Part shown: piece after piece, positions 32,465 to 45,426 of the stretch
Layout of the letters: each line of letters starts with the position of its first letter
Numbering within the stretch: the first letter of the stretch is position 1
DNA from: Octopus vulgaris
Lineage: Eukaryota
Length of the DNA stretch: 64,000 nucleotides
Direction of reading: 5' to 3'
Assembly: GCA_951406725.2 (NCBI GenBank)
Contig: OX597833.1
Location: 10,974,001 to 11,038,000 of the forward strand
Position numbers and translations under genes: made by a program
Notes under the pieces: generated by a model
The model's database searches: none
What the model saw: the letters and a program-made list of their open reading frames with translations, nothing else
Told to the model about the DNA's origin: nothing

Positions 32465-34917
32465 ATGGAATTTACAGGTAAGATAGAACCGCTATTTTGG
32501 AATTCATCATTGAAGGATATTCCAGTACCTTCTAGAAAGGAATTTATTTTGAAACTTATTAATAATATTAAGGATTTTTTTCTAGAATTAAATGGAAAGC
32601 TTACTATTATAACTATAATATATCTAATCTCAATGATAGTATGAATGATAATTTTACCTCTAATTTTAAATCCAAAAAGGAACCCCATTTAATAGAGAAT
32701 TACAAAGACTAGAAGATAATATTTGGAAGGTGGTGAAAAACATTAAATTTCATAAATACCCAAACAGAAATAATGAATCTTTAAGAAATTTAGCAATTAG
32801 AATAAAAGAAATGAGAAATATGGATGGTATTATTGTACAATCTGATAAAACTAGGAATCTCTATAAATTAGATGTTGAATTATATGATAACCTTTTAGAG
32901 AAAGAAATAATTAAAAAATATAAAATTGTTCCAGATAGTAAACTTTATAATATTAATAAGGCCTCTAAATTAGTAATGATAAACTATGAATTGGATAATA
33001 AAACTGAACCTTATGTACCTATGCACCCTAGAATTACTCTGAAAGACCATTAAGATAATTTTTATTCAGACCCTAAAGTTTAATTTGTCCATGTAAATGT
33101 GACCTCGGTAAATTAAGTAAACTTATTTTAGATAAATATATTAAGAAATTAAATAAACTTAATTACTTAAAATTATGGTTTAGTAATGATAATACTTTGA
33201 ATTGGCTTAATAATATTAAAGATAAAAATCGATATAAATTTATTCAAATAGATATAGTTAATTACTATTCTTCTATTAATGAAATTGTGTTTAATAAGGC
33301 CCTTATTTTTGCAATGAATAAAGTGGGAATGACATTTGAAGAAGTTAATGTAATTAAAATGGCTAGGAAATCGCTTATTAAATATAAAAATAAATTATGG
33401 GCCAGGAAAGATACTAGGGATTTTTTTGATATACCTATGGGAGCACCTGATTCTGCACAAGCTACGGATTTAGTAGGTATTTATCTTTTATCTGAACTCC
33501 AATTAGAAAATTTAAAAATAGAGGGTAGTTTATATAGGGATGACCTTCGACTAATTACTAAGAATTGCACTAATAGGAACCTAGAAGTATATAAGAAAAA
33601 ACTTTATAGTTTCTTTAAAAGATATGGTTTAAGTATCACTATATATAATGAGAATTTTAATGTTAATTATTTCGATGTTAATTTTAATCTAATTACAGGT
33701 AAAACACAACCATATCATAAACTTAATGAGAACCTTAGATATATAAACGTTAATAGTAATCACCCACCATCAATTAAAAAATCGTTGATTAATAATATAA
33801 GTAAACGTATATCATTACTTTCTTATGATTTAGAGATTTTTAATAAACATGCTCCTTATTATAATGAGGCCCTTAGAGAGGCAGGGTATAATAGTAATAT
33901 TAAATTTTTTATTAAAAATAAAGATAAAGATATAACTAATAATATTAGAGATAAAAATATTAATAATAGTAATAATAATTTTGTTAGTAATAGTGGTAAT
34001 AATATTAGAAATTATAAAAATAAAAATAAAATAAATAAAAATAAGAATAAAAATAAAAATAAAAATAAAATTAATAACTTCAATAATTCTTTAAATGTTA
34101 ATTATAAATATAAATCTGATAATAATAATATAAATATGATAAAGAAATATAATAACAACAATAATAATGACAGTTTTAGTAATAAGAAGAAGGAAAATTA
34201 GAATAAAATTTGGTTAATAGTTCCTTATGGTGCTCAAGTTAAAACGAACATTATTAAAGAGATTTTAGATATTATTGAACTATTTATTCGAGATAATCGT
34301 AAATATAAAAACATTTTCTCTAGTAATAATTTTGGAGTAGGTTATTCCACCACTAATAGTGTAGGTAACATTATTTCTTCTTTTAACAAATTTAAACTGA
34401 ATAATTTTTATAAAAATAAAGTATATAATAATACCAATAATAAAGACAAGACACTAATTAACTGTGCATGTAGAGATAAAACTAAATGTAAATTAAATAA
34501 TAAATGTGATACTAATGATGTAGTGTATAAATGTATAGTTACATTACATGATAAGAATAATAAGAATAATTATAACTCAAACGCATTATATATATAGGGT
34601 CCACTTCCTCTAAAATAAAATTAAGAATCGCACAACATATGAATTCATTTAAAAATAAAAACTTAATTAACTCCACTGGACTTAGCAAGTACATTTGGAG
34701 ACTTAAATTCCAAAATATTAATTATAATTTATCTTGGGAAATAATTAGTAAAACTAAATCATATACTATAGGAGCGAATTTTTGTTATTTATGTTCTAAT
34801 GAGTTTAAGGAAATTTTATTTTATAAGCATGATAATTTACTGAATAGCTGTGATGAGCGCAAAATAAAATGCAGACACAAGTTACTTTACTTATATAATA
34901 AATTTCTTGATAAATAA
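32465..34917 (+). pseudogene. PLE polyprotein (RT + C-terminal GIY-YIG) disrupted by stops and frameshifts
   Basis: N-terminal SLKDIPVPS...RIKWKA; RT motifs FIQIDIVNYYSSI, FDIPMGAPDSAQATDLVGIYLL, LYRDD, YFDVNFNL; GIY-YIG and CYLC..KCRH. Lesions near 32580, 33051, 33080, 34199 and 34590. Confidence 0.9.
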
Positions 34918-35440
34918 TGATTATTTCTTAGCCTTAATTAGCTCCCTATTTGTTGTTTTATGTAATAGTATTATAAATATACCAGGTGATTTGTAGTATT
35001 TATTATATTAGTTTATTTTAGTTATTTAGGTTCTGTTTTTAATTATAGTTAGATTATAGATGGTTGTTGATTTTATTACTAAATATTTTATTACTAAATA
35101 TATTTTTAATAAATATTTAATGGTTTATTGAATATAGAGTCTGGTAAGTTACAATTTTATTTATTTTATATATTTTGTTATATTTCTATTATAACTTCGT
35201 TAAATTATAATTTTGTTATATTAATCAATTTGTATGTAATCTCTTTATATTTGAAATAGTTTTATTTAGTTGTTTATTTAATCCATATTATTTAATATAG
35301 AAGTATAGATTAGTAGATTAATATTTTAGATTTAACTTAATATTTACCTCTATTTTGTATTGTAGTATGATTATAGACATTTATATATCTATTTATTTAT
35401 AATATATGTGGATGTGTGTGTATGTATATATGTGTATATG

Positions 35441-35483
<43 letters not shown>

Positions 35484-37107
35484 ACGATTTATTTATATGT
35501 ATGTGTGTGGGTGTGTATATATTGGTGTAAGTGTATATATTGAGTATTGTATGTATGTACATGTATGTATGAGTGTGCATATGTGTATGGGTGTAAGTGT
35601 GTGTATGTTATGTGTGTATATATGTATATGAATGTATGTGTGTATGTATGTGTATATGTGTATGTATATGTATATGTATGTATATATGTATATATATATG
35701 TATATATATATGTATATATATATGTATGTATATTTTCTTATATATTTATGTATACGTATGTATAGTTATACTACAAATTTTGATAAGTATTTATAGATTT
35801 GTTATGATCACTAATTTTGCTTATGATTATAAGGGCATGGGAAAGAATTTATAGTATGTAGAGGGGTTATTATATAAATTAATTTTTATGTATTTATTAA
35901 TCTTATAAGATTTTTAGAATATATTTAATAATTAGTGGTTTTTAATCATTTAAATCATTTAATTTATTTTGTATTAAGTTTCATTTATCATAGTTATTTT
36001 ATTAATAAATATTATAGTATAGAGAGATTTCATTCTTTATTTGTGAATTCATTCTTTTTACAATGATAAACATATAATTTTCCATTCATAATCTTTAATA
36101 AACGTAGGTTCCTCGCGCGTAATGAATTCTTCAACAATATATTCTTTTTTTTTGCTAATAACGTAATTCCATGAGTATTCTTATAAACGCTGTAAAAGAC
36201 GTTTTTTGATTCAAAATTTTAGTTCATTGATTAAACCTCGCCAAGTTAAGTATGTATTTATTTAAGATCTTCAAATTGTAAATTTTAATATTGTATAAGC
36301 CTTTGGAGTAATAATATTCTCCTTATGTAAATATCGCTGTTTACGTAATGATCTAATTATCGTAAGTTTCTATATTATTAGATATTAAATTTAAGTTTAT
36401 TCGTAAGATACTTTTTAGTGATAGATTTATTATTTGATAGCAAGCATACTAGGTGTATTAAGTTAGGCTTTGTATATACACGTTTTAATAGTATTAATTG
36501 TAGTTTTAAATTTATAATCAAATTAGATAAACTTTGATAAATTTAGATATGTTTCGACTATAGATTGGTCTAGGCCATGACTAATTTAATAGCATAACTT
36601 AGTTATTTCTTTAAATTTATATTAGATAATTATTCCCATTCATAATTATATTTATAGTACTTATAGTATTTATTCGATACTATATTGCTAAGAATTGATT
36701 ATTTCTAAAAGTATTTTACATAAGATTTCTGAAAGTCCGTTTAAGTTTGTTTATTTGGATTTTGAAATTAGCTATTTCATCTTTAAATATGAAAAATTAA
36801 ATTTATTAGGTTTTTATTATATACAATTATTTATAGAGGTTATTTTAGATCTTGATTATAATATTTATATATATATTTTCATTGATAATTTATATATATT
36901 AGTCATTTTAAATATTTATGTAATTAGATATAGACTAATATTGATATTAGATTATGGGTTTCCTACCTTATGAATTAAAATTAATATTAAACATTATAGT
37001 CGATTTGGATATAATCATATTTGATAATAGAGTTTATTATAAGTAAAATTATTATATTATATATATTATTTACATCTTAAAAATATTGATTATATTTTAG
37101 ATATTTA

Positions 37108-37176
37108 AACCACCTAATGAATGACTGTAACTCGAAAATTTAAAGAAATTAACAGCCATGAAACGATCGTAGTGTT
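37108..37176 (+). ncRNA. Hammerhead in the 3' pseudo-LTR of PLE copy B with core mutation CTAATGA (probably inactive)
   Basis: Otherwise identical to 3453-3521; G5A in the catalytic core. Confidence 0.7.
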
Positions 37177-37411
37177 ATATTAATAATATTTTTTTAATAA
37201 TTTTGTTATATATTTAAATAATATAAATTAAATAATCTTATGTATTGGCTTAGGGTTTTCATTGTATGACTTGCCTAATAGTGGTTTTATCTCTAATTTA
37301 ATATAATATAATATTTTACTACAAAATTGGATTCAATCCTAAATCTGATTTTACACTGTAAGTTTGGATTTATTCCCTAATATTTATTATTATTATATGT
37401 ATGTATATATA

Positions 37412-37513
<102 letters not shown>

Positions 37514-37580
37514 CATATATATATAAATATATATACATATATATATAAATATATATACATATATATATAAATATATATAC

Positions 37581-37644
<64 letters not shown>

Positions 37645-37650
37645 TATATA

Positions 37651-38523
37651 AATGCCAGGTCGAGCATCTCCTTGCTAGCGAAAGTCATGCCCCCTCAAAT
37701 GATTCTGTAAACTACGAAACAAATGGTAGTCTGAAGGAGGAAGATCGGGAGAATAAGGTGGATGAGGAATTTTTCCCAACCAACCTCTTCGATCTTCTGT
37801 GGTATGATGTTTGCATAAGAAGAAAAGACCCCTTTACCAAGCTACTGCTTACGACGTTTAACATTTCGATAGAAGATCCATTTTTCGTCACCAGTCACAA
37901 GTCTATCCAAAAAGGGTGAAATGAGTTCGCGAGAATGGAGAGAAGAGCAGATGTCAACTGGGCACTTGCGGTTGCTTTCGGACAATTCCTGAGGTACCCA
38001 TATTCCAACTTTTGGAACCTTTCCAAGTTGTTGAAGATGACAATGAACAATTGTCTGGCTTGAAATAAGCTTTATTGCCAATTCTTCAACTAAAAATGAA
38101 GGATTTTCTTCAGGTAAGGCCTCATGGGAATTATCACTAAACTCACCTGGACGTCGTGTTCGATCCTCATCTTCTAGGCTGAAATTTCCACTTCTGAAAT
38201 TTGCAAACCATCTTCTGCAAGTTCTTCCATTCAAGCATTCTTTCCCATAAACCGAGTGTATGTTTCGAGTCGCTTCGTTTGCAGAGTTTCCTTTTCTTTT
38301 GTACTTATAAAGAATTTGGTGCTTCAGATGTTCTTTGGATACTTCCACGTTAGAAAGGGTTTTAATCAAAGAAATTTTACTTTTATTATTCTGCAAAATA
38401 ATATTTATTTAGTAAATATACAAATGCATAAATATGTTTTTTAATTCCATTAGACATTCTAAAATATTATATTTCATTCGATTTAAAAGAGAAAAATCGG
38501 ACAGAACTTATGGGATGACCTGA
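37651..38523 (-). mobile_element. Mariner remnant (duplicate of 3837-4710)
   Basis: ORF 37842..38396 with WVPQEL and LVTGDEKW; same TIR end and same internal deletion. Confidence 0.9.
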
Positions 38524-39173
38524 TACACACACATATACAGACACTCACAGAAACACACACACACACACACACAGACACGCACAGACACACACAGACAAAC
38601 ACACAGACACACACACTGACACACACATCACACACACTCACACTCATATATATGTACATAAACAACATCCGGGAGTGGGAAACCAGGGTACCAAAGTTAC
38701 TGTGATTTGAGGGCTGTGGAAGCACATCTTACCCCTTTGTTCCCAGATGTAACCTGACCCAGGTTAGTAGCACATGTTAGGGTCCCAGCTAGGATCCTAG
38801 TCTAGGAAAAGAAATCCTCGATATAAAACCACTGTAGCGCTGGATCTGTCGTGCAGACCTTGATTATATCTGATGTACCCGGTAGCACGCTGCATCCACC
38901 CCAACCAAATCTAGTTTATCCCCAATCCCTATTGTGCTACTGTTGAGGGCAGGTGGCTACGTGCGGGAGCGCTGTAATCTCTGGATATGATTCACACGAA
39001 ATAAAATCATCTTTCAGTCAGTGTCGCTCGCTACAGATTAGTCATTCGGGTACAAGTAAATTCCGACTACGACTCATATACAGTGAGGCCCCACCCGGCT
39101 GTTCTCGGTGTCCTACATGTTGGAATACCTGCATTCTAACGGATTCTAGAATTATATGAAACTAACACACACA

Positions 39174-39258
<85 letters not shown>

Positions 39259-40133
39259 TACATTTTGATTATCATAAATTTATCGTCAGCAGAAATATTC
39301 TAATAAGATTAAGTGTAAATAAAATGGAATAATCTTTAACATCAGGTTTGTTATGAAGTAACCAATAAAAACACTAGACTGCATTAAATAAAGCTTTGCA
39401 GTTACAGTCTGTACAGATGTTGAACGGACAATGTAGTCCCCTACATGAATATTACAGCAGTTTCGCAAAAATAAAGAAGTAAACATTAAGAAATAATAAA
39501 TAAGAATTCTTCAACAAATTGGCATTTGTTTTCAGTTTACAAATTTGTGCTGAAGTCAGTAAAATATTCTGCTGACTGTTCTGTGTTAATCATGGATCAT
39601 CTCCATCCAATCACAAAAGGTGTCATTTAAAAGGTGACACCCACAATTATTGTAATATCAATCTGATTGGTTCCTGAATTTACGATTAGATTTTCGGCAG
39701 GGTTGGGTTGTGGAGGGGGAACAATATTAAAAAGCCGGAATCAGACGTCAACAATTTTCAGTTACGATCCCAAAGCGAGAAGCTCACACTTATAAACTCC
39801 AGCTTACATCAACTTCAGATTTATCATTAAACCAAAACGAAGTAACAGGCTGCACGGACGACCGAAAACCGCAATGGAAATCGCTCAGGTGGGGAAGATC
39901 ATTTGGCAGCGGTTTTCCGTTTCTTCTTTCATAACTTTTGGACTGTGTCTCGTGTTGACCATCACGATTCTTCATTTCGATGCAAGGACCAGAAAGATAG
40001 AAGAAAAATCAACCGCAATAAGTACAGGACACCTGAAGTTTCTATATTTTAGATGCAAGAAAATGTATATATCCATCCATATCCATCCATCCATCCATAC
40101 ATATATAGACACGTGTATATATATGTATGGTTT

Positions 40134-40173
<40 letters not shown>

Positions 40174-40187
40174 GGGGGGTTTATGTG

Positions 40188-40258
<71 letters not shown>

Positions 40259-40596
40259 ACATATATTTATGTATGTATATATTCATACATACACATACAC
40301 ACACAAACAAACACACATCATCTTCTCACATTCGTTTCTCTCTCTTTCACGTTCTTTTCCTCTTCTCCTTTTCATCATCTTAATCCTTTTTATCCTCTTA
40401 ATCCTTTTTTCCTCTTAATCCTTTTTATCCTCTTAATCCTTTTTATCCTCTTAATCCTTTCTGTCGAAAAGCGTGCGGTCGAAATACAAAAATCTCTTCC
40501 ATTCTACCCGAGTGTTGAAATTAATGGACTTGCTTGTGGTTTCTACACCTGTCCTTTTCTTTTGTTTTCTGTAAATTTGAAATCTCTCTCTCATTC

Positions 40597-40689
<93 letters not shown>

Positions 40690-40740
40690 ATCTATCTGTC
40701 TATCTATGTATCTATCTATCCATCTATCTATGTATCTATT

Positions 40741-40804
<64 letters not shown>

Positions 40805-40876
40805 AATACTTACACCGCCAAGTAGTAGTAATTCAGAAATTAGGTGAAAATTTAAAAACATTTACCCTAATTCATC

Positions 40877-40974
40877 TTTTAGACGATGCATCGTTTCTGT
40901 GTCATTAATGATTAAATTAGCTTAATTAAATTAAATTAAGCTAATCTACCATAGGTTACACTTCATCAGTAAAA
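40877..40974 (-). ncRNA. Type I hammerhead, R474
   Basis: Reverse complement of 42001-42098. Confidence 0.82.
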
Positions 40975-41349
40975 AACCTGGGAGAGACAAATATACACGA
41001 GGCGTCTGTATCGATGCCTACGGAATATCTGTCTTAAAATTTTCAAGACTGACGTATTCGCGCCAAACTTATCAGCAGTAAATATAAACTGCCGATTCAA
41101 TCTCAGAATTATTCAGAAAATTATCAATTAGTCAATTTAGGGTAGCAAAAAAATTCAATAGAAATTTGTCGCTACCAGCGGCCTAGTGGAAAGAGAAAAT
41201 AGTCAACGACTAAATATATAAATATAACAATTTAGGAGTGACCCTAACAGGTCATTCGTCCACCAGAAAGAGCAGCCATAACTCACACCGCCAAGTAGTA
41301 GTAATTCAGAAATTAGGTGAAAATTTAAAAACATTTACCCTAATTCATC

Positions 41350-41447
41350 TTTTAGACGATGCATCGTTTCTGCGTCATTAATGATTAAATTAGCTTAATT
41401 AAATTAAATTAAGCTAATCTACCATAGGTTACACTTCATCAGTAAAA
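41350..41447 (-). ncRNA. Type I hammerhead, R474
   Basis: Reverse complement of 42001-42098 with one stem II substitution. Confidence 0.8.
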
Positions 41448-42000
41448 AAACCTGGGAGAGACAAATATACACGAGGCGTCTGTATCGATGCCTACGGAAT
41501 ATCTGTCTTAAAATTTTCAAGACTGACGTATTCGCGCCAAACTTATCAGCAGTAAATATAAACTGCCGATTCAATCTCAGAATTATTCAGAAATTATCAA
41601 TTAGTCAATTTAGGGTAGCAAAAAAATTCAATAGAAATTTGTCGCTACCAGCGGCCTAGTGGAAAAGAGAAAATAGTCAACGACTAAATATATAAATATA
41701 ACAATTTAGGAGTGACTCTAACAGGTCATTCGTCCACCAGAAAGAGCAGCCATAACTCACACCGCCAAGTAGTAGTAATTCAGAAATTAGGTGAAAATTT
41801 TAAAACATTTACCCTAATTCATCTTTTTGCTACCCTAAATTGACTAATTGATAATTTTCTGAATAATTCTGAGATTGAATCGGCAGTTTATATTTACTGC
41901 TGATAAGTTTGGCGCGAATACGTCAGTCTTGAAAATTTTAAGACAGATATTCCGTAGGCATCGATACAGACGCCTCGTGTATATTTGTCTCTCCCAGGTT

Positions 42001-42098
42001 TTTTACTGATGAAGTGTAACCTATGGTAGATTAGCTTAATTTAATTTAATTAAGCTAATTTAATCATTAATGACACAGAAACGATGCATCGTCTAAAA
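42001..42098 (+). ncRNA. Type I hammerhead, R474
   Basis: tttta-CTGATGA-a-gtgt...(attagcttaatt/aattaagctaat hairpin)...acac-a-GAAAC-gatgcatc-GTC-taaaa. Stem I is 5 bp; stem III is the palindrome ACGATGCATCGT. Confidence 0.85.
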
Positions 42099-42474
42099 GA
42101 TGAATTAGGGTAAATGTTTTTAAATTTTCACCTAATTTCTGAATTACTACTACTTGGCGGTGTGAGTTATGGCTGCTCTTTCTGGTGGACGAATGACCTG
42201 TTAGGGTCACTCCTAAATTGTTATATTTATATATTTAGTCGTTGACTATTTTCTCTTTTCCACTAGGCCGCTGGTAGCGACAAATTTCTATTGAATTTTT
42301 TTGCTACCCTAAATTGACTAATTGATAATTTTCTGAATAATTCTGAGATTGAATCGGCAGTTTATATTTACTGCTGATAAGTTTGGCGCGAATACGTCAG
42401 TCTTGAAAATTTTAAGACAGATATTCCGTAGGCATCGATACAGACGCCTCGTGTATATTTGTCTCTCCCAGGTT

Positions 42475-42572
42475 TTTTACTGATGAAGTGTAACCTATGG
42501 TAGATTAGCTTAATTTAATTTAATTAAGCTAATTTAATCATTAATTACACAGAAACGATGCATCGTCTAAAA
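42475..42572 (+). ncRNA. Type I hammerhead, R474
   Basis: Same as 42001-42098; stem II base gtgtaa/ttacac is perfect. Confidence 0.85.
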
Positions 42573-43277
42573 GATGAATTAGGGTAAATGTTTTTAAATT
42601 TTCACCTAATTTCTGAATTACTACTACTTGGCGGTGTGAGTTATGGCTGCTCTTTCTGGTGGACGAATGACCTGTTAGGGTCACTCCTAAATTGTTATAT
42701 TTATATATTTAGTCGTTGACTATTTTCTCTTTTCCACTAGGCCGCTGGTAGCGACAAATTTCTATTGAATTTTTTTGCTACCCTAAATTGACTAATATAT
42801 ATATAAATATATATATGAACGCATTCTTTCAGCTTCCATTTAGAACAGAGGCTTCTTACCATGCAGCCAGGCCTGCACCTACAGAAATCGTTCCCATGCC
42901 GGCAATCGAACCCTGACCGACTGAACGATAGCTAGGAATTATATGTGTGTACATATAACATATACACACATAATTGTTATATATTTCAGCCAGTATAGGC
43001 CCAGGCTATGTATAACTTAATAGCACAAAGTGGTGAAGCAGTTTAGAATCTGATTTCCATCTCAGTCATAAGACTTTTTAATGTTGGAGACTTATCCGTG
43101 TGTCGGAGGCTGGTCGAAAAGTTTTGGGGGGAAAATTTGTCCTTAGAAATTTTAAATTTTATGGAATCTGTTTTCGCTTTAACGTATTCTGCTATAATAT
43201 TAAAGAGAGCTGGACCGGTTGAGGTAAAGTAGTCGCGTCATATACACATATACATACATATATACATATATGTATAG

Positions 43278-43310
<33 letters not shown>

Positions 43311-43350
43311 AATATATTATATATATGCATATATATATATATATATATAT

Positions 43351-43520
43351 AAAAAAGGAAAAATATTATTAATATAACACGACGATCGTTTCATGGCTGT
43401 TAATTTCTTTAAATTTTCGAGTTACAGTCATTCATTAGGTGGTTTAAATATCTAAAATATAATCAATATTTTTAAGATATAAATAATATATATAATATAA
43501 TAATTTTCCTTTTTTATATA
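43351..43520 (-). mobile_element. PLE pseudo-LTR fragment carrying the hammerhead (43376-43444, CTAATGA variant, GTC site) in (TA)n of copy C intron 1
   Basis: Reverse complement matches 3395-3535. Confidence 0.8.
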
Positions 43521-43550
43521 TCACCACTCGTGTTCGACATCTCCTTTTTT

Positions 43551-43584
<34 letters not shown>

Positions 43585-43614
43585 TACATATATATATGTA
43601 TATATATTTATATG

Positions 43615-43695
<81 letters not shown>

Positions 43696-43863
43696 ACATA
43701 TGTATACACGCACATATATAAAATTATGTCTTGTATATATATCTACTAACATATTAATGGTTGGACGATTTTTAATGTGTTTAGAGAGATCGATAGTTAG
43801 AACTATCGATCGTTTGATAAATAGATATATTGGTAGATAGGTGGACAGCCTGACTGAGTGTTT

Positions 43864-43925
<62 letters not shown>

Positions 43926-44418
43926 AATATCGATTGATTTGATAGTTTCATTCACGTTATATATTTTGCTTGGAAATTTTGGCTCGTGGTCATAAATGTC
44001 AGGAAGTTGTAGTTCGATTCCTTACAGGCCAGTGATGAACAGGTTCTGAATTCATGGACCTCGAAAGGATAAAGACAAGGCGCGACTACGCGGAATTTGA
44101 TCATTATCTTGAAATATTCAGTATTGTAGATGACAATTATAAAAGTCCCTAGAAAGGTTGTGCGATAGATAGTGTTGCAAAATAGAAAGCAATGAATTTG
44201 TCAATTACTATACGTAGCAAAGACATGGGATTACAAAAACTGAAAGGTAGTTTACAAGTCAATAATGAATTGTGTTCCATGTTGTAAGATAGAGATTGAC
44301 ATTTCTTGCTGAAACATTTTACATAGAAAGGCCTTATATATGTACGTCTGCCGCTTTCGTTTGTATACATAAATGAACATGTATGAATGCATCGCTTCAT
44401 GTGTATATTCGAATGTGC

Positions 44419-44454
<36 letters not shown>

Positions 44455-44628
44455 CCGCACACATATATGTATGTGTGTGCGTGTTTTTATTTCTGGATGA
44501 AATTTTTTCCTCTCTAGATTCAGCTCAGAGCTGCGTCCATGATGATGCACCATACATACATACATACACATATACATACATACATACACATATACATACA
44601 TACATACATACATACATACATACGTACA

Positions 44629-44662
<34 letters not shown>

Positions 44663-45039
44663 CATACATATAAAAGTACATACATACACCCATGCAGACA
44701 CACAGACACAATGACACACGCATACACACACAGAGATGCACAGAAATATAGATACATACACTATGGTCTGTTTCTTCGGATGACGTTTTCGTGCTTAATT
44801 GCCGAAGAATTCCTGGGATGATTTGTTTCCAGAGCTCCCTCCGTCAAATTAATGAACATGTCCAAAAATGTTCCATACGATCAATTGTCGATATATTTGC
44901 AGTGCAGTGCAAATAGTGTTGCTCAAGAACACAACGCCCTGCCTTCTGTTTGAATCGAACGCACAACCCATTATTCGTGAGTTTAAAACCTGAAGCACTA
45001 AACCACGTTTAAATATTTTAGCGTATATAAATATATGTA

Positions 45040-45426
45040 TCTCTCTATATATAAACGGCAGTTTGTCTGTGTGTGCTTCTGTGTGTCTGTTTGCTTGTAC
45101 CCTCACTCTGACCACGGCTTTCAACCGATTCTGATGAAACTTGACACACACATAGCCCAATGTCATAATTCAAAACTAACGCAGCGAAAATTTTGAAAAG
45201 TTCCCCCAGTTCTTAAAAAGATCGATAAATTCAACATGGGGTACACAATCAGAAATACAAACCACAGATGGTCATGGGGACGCAACTCGACCTTTTTAAC
45301 TATCAAAAAATAATTTACCATCTTTTTTTTCCCATTTTTTTGCTATTTTTTGGCTATAACTCTCAAAAAAAAATCCTTTATAGTTATTTCCTTACAAACC
45401 CGAGCAACGCCGGGCGATACTGCTAG
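45040..45426 (+). mobile_element. Non-autonomous Helitron-like element (duplicate of 9908-10291)
   Basis: Same TC...CTAG termini, hairpin and insertion site. Confidence 0.8.

Larger units (their letters stand above)
31355..37395 (+). mobile_element. Full-length but decayed Penelope-like element, copy B: 5' pseudo-LTR (31355-32410), ORF, ~2.4-kb 3' region, 3' pseudo-LTR (36716-37395)
   Basis: Direct terminal repeat of ~680 bp (the 5' copy is interrupted by a SINE); both ends in (TA)n; RT and GIY-YIG motifs present. Confidence 0.92.
40810..42796. mobile_element. Retrozyme-like tandem array, family R474: ~2.1 monomers (-) at 40810-41825 joined to ~2 monomers (+) at 41825-42796
   Basis: acaccgccaag starts at 40812, 41285 and 41759 (period 473-474); the right half is the reverse complement; one HHR per complete unit; flanked by (TA)n; absent at the paralogous site in copy A. 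Confidence 0.88.

Noticed and set aside
40810-42796. CRISPR-like or plain satellite interpretation of the tandem repeats
   Set aside because: No spacers or cas genes, eukaryotic context; one hammerhead per unit fits a retrozyme better.
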